A stretch of 64,000 bases of DNA from Candidatus Krumholzibacteriota bacterium (GCA_963727455.1 CAVSGG010000009.1:416001-480000), one strand, 5' to 3'; positions 10,130-20,133 are shown, numbered from the stretch's first letter. Notes: generated by a model from the sequence alone, not told the origin. Numbers and translations: made by a program.

Positions 10130-11077
10130 CTAGCTGGTCAATCTGAAGTGGATGGTGATGCTGCCCCATTGCTCCTGGTTCGAGCCGGCGGGGAGCGCCT
10201 CGAAACGCCACAGCCGTAGGGCCTGCTGCGCTCTGAGATCGAAGTCTTGATAACCTGAAGTGCGGTGCACCATGACGTTCTTCTTCACGCTGCCGTCGGG
10301 CAACACCACGAAACTCAGCATCACGGTGCCCTCCACGCCCTCCTTCTTCGCCCACTCGGGATAGGCCGGCATGATGTACTTACGGATCGGCCGGTCCGCC
10401 GCCGGTCCGGCCAGGGACGCACCCGAGAGAGTGCGCCGCACCGTGAGGTCGGCGTTTTTGGGGATGATGGCGCTGGGCGCGGTGGCGACCTCGGTCGGCT
10501 TCACGTTTGCGAGCGACGGGGTGCGACTCAAAGTTCGTTCCCTTCGCAACTCGGAAGGAGCCGCGGTCGGCACGCCAGATTCGCGAATGAGTTTCTTCTC
10601 GTCCACGGCGCCCGTCTTGGCAAGCTCGGTTGCGGGGGCCTTGAGCAGCGCGGAACTGTGGGGTGTCTCCACCGCCAGCGTGGGTTTGCTGTCGCGGAGC
10701 GCGGCCAACCGTTCGCTGAGCCGATCGTCGCGCGCGGTGAGGCTCTGCGGCTTCGGTTCGACCTCGGCCTTTTCGTTCTCCACCCGCTCGAAACGAGCCT
10801 GGGTGGTCGGCTGCGGTGAGGGTTTCTCCTTCAGCTTCGGCTTTTCGGTCGCCGCCTGCACCGGCGGCGCCGCCACCTCGACGGGATTCTTGGTTGTTCC
10901 CGAATCTTCCAGCCAGGTGAACTCCGTCAGCGCGGCCGGTGGTGGCGCGATCTTCGGTGCCATGAGCAGAAGCATGATGAGCAGCGCGTGGACGATCAGA
11001 CTGCTGATCCATCCTTTCTGCTTCAGCTCGTGCTCTTCACGAAGCTCCAGAGTTTGCGCGTAGGCGATGGCATTCAT
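10130..11077 (-). CDS. tonB: TonB-family energy transducer
   Basis: TM with SSLIVH (SxxxH), Pro/Lys/Glu-rich linker, C-terminal PAYPEWAKKEGVEGTVMLSFVV...SGYQDFD...WRFEA; start ATG 11077 overlaps the upstream stop (ATGA). Confidence 0.88.
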   Translation of the reverse strand: MNAIAYAQTLELREEHELKQKGWISSLIVHALLIMLLLMAPKIAPPPAALTEFTWLEDSGTTKNPVEVAAPPVQAATEKPKLKEKPSPQPTTQARFERVENEKAEVEPKPQSLTARDDRLSERLAALRDSKPTLAVETPHSSALLKAPATELAKTGAVDEKKLIRESGVPTAAPSELRRERTLSRTPSLANVKPTEVATAPSAIIPKNADLTVRRTLSGASLAGPAADRPIRKYIMPAYPEWAKKEGVEGTVMLSFVVLPDGSVKKNVMVHRTSGYQDFDLRAQQALRLWRFEALPAGSNQEQWGSITIHFRLTS

Positions 11078-11501
11078 GGCTTCTCGCTCCCGCTTTGATT
11101 GGTGGCCACCGCGACGCGACGCGCGCCGGACTTCTTCGACAGCCTTCCATGATGGCCCGAACCTCTCCGTGGGTGGCCCTGGCATCCGCGCGCACGACCA
11201 CGAGCGTCTTGTCCCCATTCGCCGTCATCAGTCGCCTTTGGATGGCTTGCGCGAGTGAGGGGAGGGTCACCATCTGCTCATCGACCGCGAGCTGCCCCTC
11301 GGAGCTGTAGCTCACGCTGATCCGATGTTCGTCCTCGGCTCCGCGCGTGTGGGCCGTGGGCAGTTTGATGTCCAGATCGGCCACCGTGATCATCGGAGCG
11401 GTGACCAAAAGGATGATCACCAACACCAGCGCCACGTCGATGATCGGCGTCACGTTGATCTTGACGAAGCAAGGAAGCTCCTCGAACAGCGGCTTCTTCA
11501 T
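11074..11501 (-). CDS. exbD: ExbD/TolR biopolymer transporter (copy 2); apparent frameshift near 11138
   Basis: INVTPIIDVALVLVII, VVVRAD; canonical ending KKSGARRVAVAT lies in another frame and stops at a TGA overlapping the tonB ATG. Confidence 0.85.
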
Positions 11502-11504
11502 GAT

Positions 11505-11912
11505 CTACTCCTTCACCGCGATCTTCCGAGCTCCACACAACTTCGCCCGGTCCAGAACGTTGACGAAACGACCGTGGCTGACGGCGTCAGCGCACTCCAC
11601 GACCACTTCGCTCTCTCCGGCGTTCGCCAGGAGCGGGGTCAAGATCTCCTCCAGCTGCTGCTGGTCGATGCGCTCGCGATTCACCGTGAGTGCCTCGTCG
11701 CTGAGAATCTTGATCTCCACCCTCTCCTGCTTGGTCTTCTCGGTGGCTTTCCTGCCGCTGGCGGCGGCCTGTCTGAGCGCGATGCTCGACTCGAAGGCCA
11801 GTGGGGTCGCCAGCAGCAGGATCACCACCAGAACCAAGGAGACGTCGATGAGCGGGGTCACGTTGATTTCGTGACTTCCGCCGCCGCCAGGTGAGTATTC
11901 TGACTTGCGCAT
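11505..11912 (-). CDS. exbD: ExbD/TolR biopolymer transporter (copy 1)
   Basis: EINVTPLIDVSLVLVVILL with conserved Asp; HGRFVNVLDRAKLCGARKIAV. Confidence 0.9.
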   Translation of the reverse strand: MRKSEYSPGGGGSHEINVTPLIDVSLVLVVILLLATPLAFESSIALRQAAASGRKATEKTKQERVEIKILSDEALTVNRERIDQQQLEEILTPLLANAGESEVVVECADAVSHGRFVNVLDRAKLCGARKIAVKE

Positions 11913-11924
11913 GGATATCCTCGC

Positions 11925-12639
11925 TTAGGGATGCGTGCTCGCGACCGGTTCTCCGCTAGGCTCGCCGATCACCGAACGAATGCGATCCACCGTCGGATTC
12001 AGGTCCTCAGCCGGCGCTTGATCCTCTGCACCGAGGGAGGCTCTGAGCGAGCGCGTGTGATTCTCCGCGATCGTCAGCATCACCGACATCCGCCGCGAGA
12101 AGTGGTTGTAGAGCAAGACCGCGGGCACCGCGATGATCAGACCGGCAGCGGTCGTCAGCAGTGCCTCGGCCACTCCCGCCGCCACCACCGACGGCGCGGC
12201 CGATCCCACCTGCGCCATGTCGTGGAAGGCCCGCATGATGCCCCAGACCGTTCCGAAGAGACCGATCAGAGGCGCCACCGCGGCCATGCTGCCCAGGACG
12301 GAGAGGTTCTTCTCCAGAGAGGAGCTTCTGGCGGCTCAGAGCGACTTGCAGCCGCTCTTCGAACTCGGCCGGAAGTTCCCTGGACCTCGACAGAACCTGG
12401 GCGGCCACTCTGCCCATGGGGTGATTGCAGTGCTCACACTGCAAGAGAGCTTCCGAGGTCTTCCCCCGACGCAAGCACTCGAGGGCCTTGTGCAGTGTCT
12501 GCTCGGGATCTCCGGAGCGTCGCCGGTAGTAGAGAAACCGTTCTATGGTCACGGCCAGGGTGACGATGCTCAAGACGAGCAGGAGGAGCATGATTGGGCT
12601 TGAGCGTGTGGCTCCCACCCAGTCGAATTCGGCAAACAT
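11925..12639 (-). CDS. exbB: ExbB/TolQ/MotA proton channel; apparent frameshift near 12318
   Basis: ATG 12639 with AAAGGAG RBS; TM1 and IERFLYY, then frame switch to LEKNLSVLGSMAAVAPLIGLFGTVWGIMRAF...GVAEALLTTAAGLIIAVPA. Confidence 0.9.
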
Positions 12640-12676
12640 CGAGCGTTCTCCTTTGCTTTCGGGAAATCCCCGTGAA

Positions 12677-15600
12677 CTAGTGAATGACGGACTTGAGCTC
12701 TTCGACGCGGTTCTGCGCCACCGCGACCAGCTCCGGGTCATCAGCGTTCTGAATCAGGTCTCGATAGGCGGCCACGGCGTTGGTGTAATCCTCGCGGTCC
12801 TCGTAGATGGCGGCACAGCGCGCGATCGCCGACAGACGATAGGAATCCTTGGCATCGCCGGATTTCATCGAGCGCCTGTAAGCGGCGAGAGCCTTGTCCG
12901 TTTCCGTCAGCTTCTCGCGGCATTGCCCGAGTCGGTACAACACCTCGCAAATCGCGTCCTTGCTCACTCCCGCATTCAGCGCGCTCTCGTACTCGCCGGC
13001 CGCCGCGTCCCACTCACCCTGGGACTCGTCGATCTTTCCCAGCTGCAGGGAGACTTCGACGCTGCGCTCGTCCTGCGGGTACAGGCTGCGATAGCGCTGA
13101 AGGCTGGTCTTCGCGTCCGCCAGCTGACCCAGGAGCTGTTGGGCCATGGCCAGATTGAACAACCCGGCTCTCTGCAGTTCCTTGTCGTCGCTCTGATCCA
13201 CCACCGCGGTGAATTTCACGGCGGCTTCCATGTAGTCTTTCTTTTGGAAGAGCTGGAGCCCGAGACGGAACTGGACGGTCGGTCTGAGCTCGCTCTCGGG
13301 GAAGAAGAGCAAGAACTGCTGGTAGGCCTGAATCGAGCGCTCGGTCTCGTTTGCCTTCGCCCAGGCCTCCCCACTCAGGAACTGAGCGCGGTCGACCTCG
13401 TCGTAGCTGGGGAAGCGGCTGACCACTCTGCGGAAGGCCTCGGCTGCTTCTGCGTACTGCTCCTTCTTGTAGAGTCCGCTGGCAATCTGGAATTGCGCAT
13501 CGGCGGCAAAGCTGCTCTCGGGGTACTTCTCGATCAGCTCGGACAAGACCTCGCTGCCCGAATCCTCTTGGCCCAGGCGGTAGAGCGCCAGCTCCATGCC
13601 CCTCTTGGCCTCCTTGGCGCTCATCGTGTGCGGATACTGCGCGATGACGGTGGAATAGCCCTGTAGAGCATCCGCGTCGCGCCCGCGTTGAAGTCGCACT
13701 GGGCCATGCGCAGGAGCCCGGTAGCCCCCGCGCTACTGCTCTCGAAGTTCTCCAGGAGACCCTGGTAACAGCGCTTGGCATCCTCGTAGTGGCCGCTCTG
13801 GAAGTACAGATCGCCCGCGCGGGCCCAGGCCTTCTCCGCGATGGGAGCGCTGGGCTCGCGAGCCACCAGCTCCTCCCATCGATCCACGGCGTCTCCGCTG
13901 CGCCCCAAGCGCTGGTAACAGACACCAGCCTGATAGGTCGCCAGGGCGAACTGCGGAGAATCACCAAAGCGGTGCCGGTAATCCTCGTAGATTTCGGCTG
14001 CTTTCTCGTAGTGCTTCTGGTTGAAGTGTACGTGCGCCATGCGCAGGTAGGCCGAGCGGACCGAGTCGCTGGACTCATCGGGCGAGAAGCGTTGCAGCAT
14101 CTTCTTCTCGGTGGCGATGGCCAGATCGTCCATGCCCTGCTGCGCGAAGGTCCAGGCCAAAAGCTGCGTGGCGGGCAGCGCGATGTCGTGCTCCTTGAAG
14201 ACACCCAGGAGCTTCTGCAGCGAAGCTTGCGCATCCTGGTAGCGGCCCTGTGAAGCCAGAGCATCCGCATCGATGAGAAGTGCATAGCCGCGCCAGCTCG
14301 TTTGGCTTGGAGGCATGGCTTGCAACATCAAATGCGGCGCGCCACTGAGCTGACCCAGATCGCCGGCCTGATGATAGGAGAGCAACAGCAGACACAGCGC
14401 AGCCTCGACCACTTCTTTCTGCTTATCGTCCTTGAAGATGAGGAAACCACCACTCCCTTTTTGTCCCGCATAGCGGTCCAGCACCAATTGGAAGTAGGGC
14501 GCGGCCGCGAGCGGACGATCCATCTCTAAGAGCCCGACACCGGCCAGGTACGCCGCCGGCGGAGCCTCGGCCTCCAGCGGATAACCGCGCACCACGGTTT
14601 CGTAGGCCCCCACCGCTTCGGCCCGGCGCCCCAGAGTCTCGTAGCATCGGCCAATGCGGTACTGCGCGCTGGCCGCCACTTGATGTTCGAAATAATTGCG
14701 CAGGACCAGGTTGTACTGGACGATCGCGCCCTGGGGATCGTCTTGCGCGACACTGATCTCACCCAGGAGGAACTGACCGCGCGCGGCGGCGTCCGCTTTG
14801 GGGAAACGACTGACGAGACCTTTGAGGACCGGAGTCGCCTCCTCGAGACTACCTTCCGCGAATAGCGCGGCCCCCTGCCTCAGGAGCGCTTCCGCCTGCA
14901 ACTCGGGATTCTTGCTCTCCTTGGCGACCGTGGCGAAACCCTCGGCCGCACTGCGATACGCCTTGCCGTTCAGGAAAGAGTTCGCCTTGGCGTACAGACC
15001 CAGGTAACGCAGCGGAGAATCCGGATAGCGCTCATAGACTTCCTGATAGGCTGCCGCGGCGTGCAGCACTTCAGCTTGCTCATCGTAGCAGAGAGCATTC
15101 AAGTAACTCACCGCGGCCGAGTGGGCGGGGGCATTTGCCAGCTCGCTCAGGCATGCCGCGGGATCACCCTGCGCATATTCAATCGTTGCGTGAGCCACGA
15201 CCACCCTCTGCATCCCGCTGGTCCAGGGCGCGATCGACTTCAGCTGGTTCAGCGTCTTCTCCGCCTTGTCCCACTTGGACTGCCTCAACTCGTTCCACGC
15301 TCGAGCGATCCAGGCTTGCGCCAGGAGCGGACTGTGGGGATGCTCCTCTTCCCACTTCTTCCACTGCTTCAAGGCCTCTTCGTTCTGGCCCTCGGCTTCG
15401 AGCGCACGGATGGCGGCGAACTCTGCGTCGTCCACGAAGGGGCCCTTCTTGTCCTCTTTCGCGGCCTTCTCAAAAAGCTCGCGCGCTTTGGCGGGCCGAT
15501 TCAACTCGCCTTCCATTTCCGCAAAGAGGAAAGTGGCAGCCGCCTTTTCAGCGTCATCCAGATCGGATTGGAGAACGCTCTGCAGCGGCTGCTCCAGCGA

Positions 15601-15816
15601 GTTGATCGCTCCTTTGCGGGCGACGCCGGTCAAGGCGCTCGCAAACTCGAACTGAATCCCGAGTCCGGTGAGCGTCTTCGGAGTTTGCGCACTCGCATCC
15701 TTGCTTTGGCTGGAATCGCTGGGATCGTCCTCCGCTCTCGATGTTCCCGGAAGGAGAAACACCAGAAGGACGGCTACGAGCAACTCCGATATGCGCCTTC
15801 GCGCTCTGATCTTCAT
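12677..15816 (-). CDS. Large exported TPR protein (~1050 aa, CpoB/BamD-like repeats); apparent frameshift near 13680
   Basis: Signal peptide MKIRARRRISELLVAVLLVFLLPGTSRA; many TPR pairs with YPxS/FPxS turns; QCDFNAG joins RDADALQGY in ORF 12677-13699. Confidence 0.85.
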
Positions 15817-15839
15817 GCGAACTCTGCTCCTGATTCGCG

Positions 15840-17096
15840 TCAATTGACTTCCACCGGAATTTTGCCCGAAGGACCGGATGTGGAGATCTCCACTGTTTGC
15901 TCCTTGGCGGAGATTTCTACGCCCTCGTCGTCGGTGACCGAGAAGCGATAGCGGTAGCTGCCGTCGGGCAGCGGCATACCGGATTCGTCGGTTCCATCCC
16001 ACAGCACCAGAGCCGGAGGATTACCCTTGCCGCCGAAACGGCGAACCAGTTGATCATCCTTGTCGATGATGTCGAGCGACCACTCGACGGCCTCGCCGCG
16101 GGTGCGGGTCTTAAGGTGGAAGGTAGTGACCGAGTTCTCACCACTGGGCGAGAAGATCTCGGGTCTGGCTTGCGAGGTGGCGTGGAATCCGCCGAAGTCG
16201 TAGACGATACCCACGCGATGCAGGACGTCCAATTCGTTGTCCTGCGCACTGTAATCCAGGCGCATGTTGTGGGACACGCGCACGCTGAGCCCGCCTGCAA
16301 CGCGTTGATCGCGGTACCCGGCTCTCAACGCGAGCACGCGGTGCACCCAGAATTCGGCGCCCGTGGAAACAATCGCCCCCGGTCCCTTTTGCGCTTCAAC
16401 TTGTGCGGTGACTAACGCGCGGCCCTTCATTCCGTTCCACGCCAGACCACCCCGAAAATTCACGGGATAGCTTTCATCGGCTTCCCGGTAGGTTACATTC
16501 GGTCCACCGATGTTGAGAACGCTGGCACCGGCCTTCCACTCTCGGGTGATATCGGCAATGAGTCCCAAGTCCAACCCCACGCCACCACCGTTGAAATCTT
16601 CCAGCGACTCGCGGACCATCTTGAAGTTCGCACCCATGGAGACCTTCTCCGAGACTCTCTTGGCGGCAGTCAGATAGACTCCGAGATTTCCCGCACTGAA
16701 GGTCCCGAGGTGGTCGTTCAGTTCGTTGGTGCGTTCGAAGTCGCCCGAATTGAGGGTCACGAAGCTGATGCCGACGCTCGGGAAGGTTTGACCCGGTAGG
16801 GCGAAACTGAACGCGTTCATGCGCGACTCGCCGAAGAGGGAAACGGTTTCGAATTGCGTCTGGTTTTGCAGCAAGTGACTCAGTCCCGCAGGATTCCACA
16901 AGCTGCCAAGGGCGCCGTCTGCGTTAGCCACGAAGGACCCGCCCATGCCGGCAGTTCGCGCGGTCTGATAGCTGGTGAGCCAGTCCCCGGGTTGCCCGTA
17001 GACCGGATCCTGTGCCCGGACGGCGGAAGTTCCACCCAGAGCGATGAACAGGACACTGATACAGAAAATAGCGGTCGTTGATTTCATGAATTTCAT
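15840..17096 (-). CDS. PorV/PorQ-like outer-membrane beta-barrel fused to a C-terminal FlgD/CTD-like Ig domain
   Basis: Signal peptide; ARTAGMGGSFVA...SLWNPAGL motif of FadL-fold PorV/PorQ-family barrels; amphipathic strands ending HRVGIVYDF; then IFSPSG...WSLDI...WDGTDESG...DGSYRY. Confidence 0.8.
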   Translation of the reverse strand: MKFMKSTTAIFCISVLFIALGGTSAVRAQDPVYGQPGDWLTSYQTARTAGMGGSFVANADGALGSLWNPAGLSHLLQNQTQFETVSLFGESRMNAFSFALPGQTFPSVGISFVTLNSGDFERTNELNDHLGTFSAGNLGVYLTAAKRVSEKVSMGANFKMVRESLEDFNGGGVGLDLGLIADITREWKAGASVLNIGGPNVTYREADESYPVNFRGGLAWNGMKGRALVTAQVEAQKGPGAIVSTGAEFWVHRVLALRAGYRDQRVAGGLSVRVSHNMRLDYSAQDNELDVLHRVGIVYDFGGFHATSQARPEIFSPSGENSVTTFHLKTRTRGEAVEWSLDIIDKDDQLVRRFGGKGNPPALVLWDGTDESGMPLPDGSYRYRFSVTDDEGVEISAKEQTVEISTSGPSGKIPVEVN

Positions 17097-17109
17097 CCTG
17101 CTTCCTCCC

Positions 17110-20100
17110 CTATCGGACCACGCCGACTTTGCGGCGCATCACGTGGAGAGTCTGACCGTTGCCTTCCGCCCGTACTTCGACGATGTATCCACCGCTGGCC
17201 ACGATCTCGCCGTCCCCATTGCGGCCGTCCCACACGACCTCGTTCAGACCGACCGTCCCCCCTTCCCCAGCGGGAAGGAAGTTTTTCTCGAGCACGAGGT
17301 TTCCGCTCAGGGTGTAGATCCGCATGCGCACCGAGGCGTTGTCGGCCAGCTTGTAGGCGATCGTGGTCGGACTCTCGTTGGGGTGGAAGGGATTGGGATA
17401 GTTGGCGATGGTCCCACCAGGCGCGTCGGGATCGACGAGCGCCGTCTCGACCTGCAGATCCTGGCTCAAAGAACCGGAGCTGGCTTGGATGGTGTCCATC
17501 TCGGGTTCACGCGGACTCAGGAAGTCGGCCCTCGCGATGCCAGCGTCATCGGTTTCTGCGTCCAGGGGTGTGAGCGTTCCCATCCCTTGCGTGAGGGTGA
17601 AGACCACTCCTTGCATGGGAACGCCGTTCTCGTATTGGTCGAGGACCCGGGCATATACGGTTGAGTGTTTGTTCCCCTTCAACCATGTGGGATCCGAAAC
17701 CAAGTCGATGTGATCGGGGGTGCCCGGCACCACGCTGATCACATCGGTCGTTGCGGGTTCGTGGCCCAGGTCGTCGGTAGCGGTGATCTGAATGTCCTCC
17801 GCGTAGGTGTAATACATGTCCACCGTTGTCGAACCCTGGAGGATCTGGAACTGCGTGGTACGAAGCTCACCCGCTCCGGGGTCGCCGGAAGAGGCATTTC
17901 GTACGCTGAGGTTCACGCCGGTATTGATCTCCTGAATGACGCTTCCCGCGTCGTTGGTGACCTTGACCGTCAGATGGAAGTTCCCGCCTGCCATCACGTG
18001 CGTGCTGTCGACCTCCGCCTCGAGATGGAAACCGCTCGAGATCGCGCGCACTTGGGTGGTGCTCGTGGGCATGCTGGGTTGCGTCACGTTTGCGACGGTG
18101 ATCTGCTGATAACCGCCCGTGGAAAGACGCATGGAGAGTTCCGCGACGCCATCCTGCATTGCGGTGTCGCCAGGAAGCTCAGCCATGGCGTCCGAAGAAC
18201 TCAGACGAACCACATCGTTCACGCCTTGAACCGGATTCCACCATTGGTCCGTCGCATACACGGTGACGGTGAAGGCGTAGTTGATGGATTGATCAGTCGC
18301 CAAGCCGGTGCGGCCATTCTCGGTTCCCGGTGCCGGAAATTCGCCAGGCGCTAGAATGAGTACTCGAGAGTAGGTTCCCGGCAGCACAAGAACCTGGCTG
18401 GAGGTGTGGGAGGCGATCTGAGAAGAATCGGCGTCACTCGCGCTCACCGTTTGATAGCCCGCCTTGAAGAGAGTCGCGGGCACGGTGGCCTCTCCATTGA
18501 GCAGCGCGACGTTTGCCGGGAAGCTGGCGAAGGGGTCGCTCGAACTCAGAGTCACCGTATCGCTGATCCCCGGAACCCGGTTCCAGTAGGCGTCGACGGC
18601 GCGCACTGTAAGATTGAAGCTGCTCCCCGCGTTTTGATCCTGCGGTGCGCCACTCACCCCGGTTTCGGTTCCGCCCTGTGCAATTTCGCCGGGCAGCCGG
18701 ACCTGGAGTTTCTCGAAGGGACCCGGAAGCACCACGAAGTTCGCGCTCGTTCCCGTGTGGGGCGGCGCAGCATAGTCGGAGCAGGTGAAAGAGACCGCGC
18801 CACCGGCTCCACGGAAGACCATCTTGCCGTTCCACACACCGGCGGTGAAGGTGATGCGATCCGGCGAGATGCTTCCCGGTCCGGTATTCGCGGCCAGATT
18901 GGCTTCACCGAAATAGCCAGGCACCGTGTTGCCAGAACCATCTACCGCGCGGATGTTCACGGTGACCGAGTCCCCTGCCTGCACCGGAGTGGGAAAGGAG
19001 TCCACTGCAAAGCCGGCAATCGCGTTGGGAATCACCGGAATCCCCACCGTGGTCATCCCCGCGATACTGCCGTTGGTCTGGTCCGAAACGCTGAGATTCT
19101 GCGAACCGACCGTTCCCAAAGAGAGAGTGAACTGACGGAAGCCATTGCTCAACGCGCCGCTCACTGGCGTGCTCGCCAGTGGGTCGTTGGAGATAATTCG
19201 TACGGTGTCCCCGCTGGGCAGGGGATTCCAGTAGTCGTCCGTGGCATAGACCTCGACGGTGAAGTCCTGCCCTGCGCCCTGGGTCGCGGCCTCTCCACTG
19301 AGCCCGCTCACGCTTCCCGGCTCCGCGGACTGGCCGGGAACTACGATTTGAACACGCGAGAAATTTCCGGGGTGGACCGAGAACGGATCGCTCGTGCCAT
19401 TGCGGGACGGATCACTGTCCAGAAGAGCGTAGATGTTCACGTTTCCGCGGTTGATGGCCGTCTCATCCGCGCGATACATCGTCACCTGACCCGACCACTG
19501 GCCGTTCACCAGGTCGACCGTGGCCGGCTCGATGCGGCCCTCTCCGTAGCTCGTCAATTCGCGCAAGCGCACCGGGCCGTCGTAGTTGTTCAGTTGCTGA
19601 CCGTTGGTATCCACAGCCCACAACGAGATCGACATCGCTTGTCCGGCGTACTGGTTCTTCTGGTTGATCCGCGCGAACTCGAATCCCTGCAGCAGGACCG
19701 AGCCCACCTGGCTCGAGCTGGCATCGGGAATCGTGGTGTCGGTCAAATCGCTCGCCTGGAAGTCGAATTGTCCGTCGGCGTTGAGCGTGACGGTGAATTG
19801 CAGTTCTCCGTCACTCATCACGGCGCTCGGAGGCAGCGTAGCTGTCTCGTCGCTGCTGGTGATCTGAATCTGACTCGTGATGGAAGTTTGCGTATTCCAC
19901 GAGGAATCGCAGGCCCTGACCAGGATGTTGAAAGGAACACCCACCGTCTGCGTATCGGGCTGACCGGATTTACCATTCACCGTTCCCGGTGCGGGCGTCT
20001 CCCCGGGAAGAAGAACCTGGAGCTGCGTGTAGCTCTGCGCCAAAGCAGAAGAAGTGCTCCACGGTCCGAGGGAAAGTCCTGCCACGATCGACAAGATCGC

Positions 20101-20133
20101 CAGGAGGAACCGTCTTTTGGGAAACTTCGACAC
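17110..20133 (-). CDS. Secreted multi-Ig-domain protein (adhesin-like) with C-terminal FlgD-Ig/secretion CTD
   Basis: GTG 20133 gives signal peptide MSKFPKRRFLLAILSIVAGLSLGPWSTSSALA; internal ~110-aa repeats; invasin/Big_1-like domain; C-terminal NYPNPF...WDGRNGDG...ASGGY...RKVGVVR. Confidence 0.82.
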   Translation of the reverse strand: MSKFPKRRFLLAILSIVAGLSLGPWSTSSALAQSYTQLQVLLPGETPAPGTVNGKSGQPDTQTVGVPFNILVRACDSSWNTQTSITSQIQITSSDETATLPPSAVMSDGELQFTVTLNADGQFDFQASDLTDTTIPDASSSQVGSVLLQGFEFARINQKNQYAGQAMSISLWAVDTNGQQLNNYDGPVRLRELTSYGEGRIEPATVDLVNGQWSGQVTMYRADETAINRGNVNIYALLDSDPSRNGTSDPFSVHPGNFSRVQIVVPGQSAEPGSVSGLSGEAATQGAGQDFTVEVYATDDYWNPLPSGDTVRIISNDPLASTPVSGALSNGFRQFTLSLGTVGSQNLSVSDQTNGSIAGMTTVGIPVIPNAIAGFAVDSFPTPVQAGDSVTVNIRAVDGSGNTVPGYFGEANLAANTGPGSISPDRITFTAGVWNGKMVFRGAGGAVSFTCSDYAAPPHTGTSANFVVLPGPFEKLQVRLPGEIAQGGTETGVSGAPQDQNAGSSFNLTVRAVDAYWNRVPGISDTVTLSSSDPFASFPANVALLNGEATVPATLFKAGYQTVSASDADSSQIASHTSSQVLVLPGTYSRVLILAPGEFPAPGTENGRTGLATDQSINYAFTVTVYATDQWWNPVQGVNDVVRLSSSDAMAELPGDTAMQDGVAELSMRLSTGGYQQITVANVTQPSMPTSTTQVRAISSGFHLEAEVDSTHVMAGGNFHLTVKVTNDAGSVIQEINTGVNLSVRNASSGDPGAGELRTTQFQILQGSTTVDMYYTYAEDIQITATDDLGHEPATTDVISVVPGTPDHIDLVSDPTWLKGNKHSTVYARVLDQYENGVPMQGVVFTLTQGMGTLTPLDAETDDAGIARADFLSPREPEMDTIQASSGSLSQDLQVETALVDPDAPGGTIANYPNPFHPNESPTTIAYKLADNASVRMRIYTLSGNLVLEKNFLPAGEGGTVGLNEVVWDGRNGDGEIVASGGYIVEVRAEGNGQTLHVMRRKVGVVR

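Noticed and set aside
10130-12639. Interpretation as a standard Tol-Pal or TonB uptake locus
   Set aside because: No tolB, pal or TonB-dependent receptor in the operon or window; the adjacent barrel is far too small and has no plug domain.
11074-13700. Programmed ribosomal frameshifting as the explanation for the split genes
   Set aside because: No shared slippery sequence; shifts go in both directions and also hit unrelated neighbouring genes.
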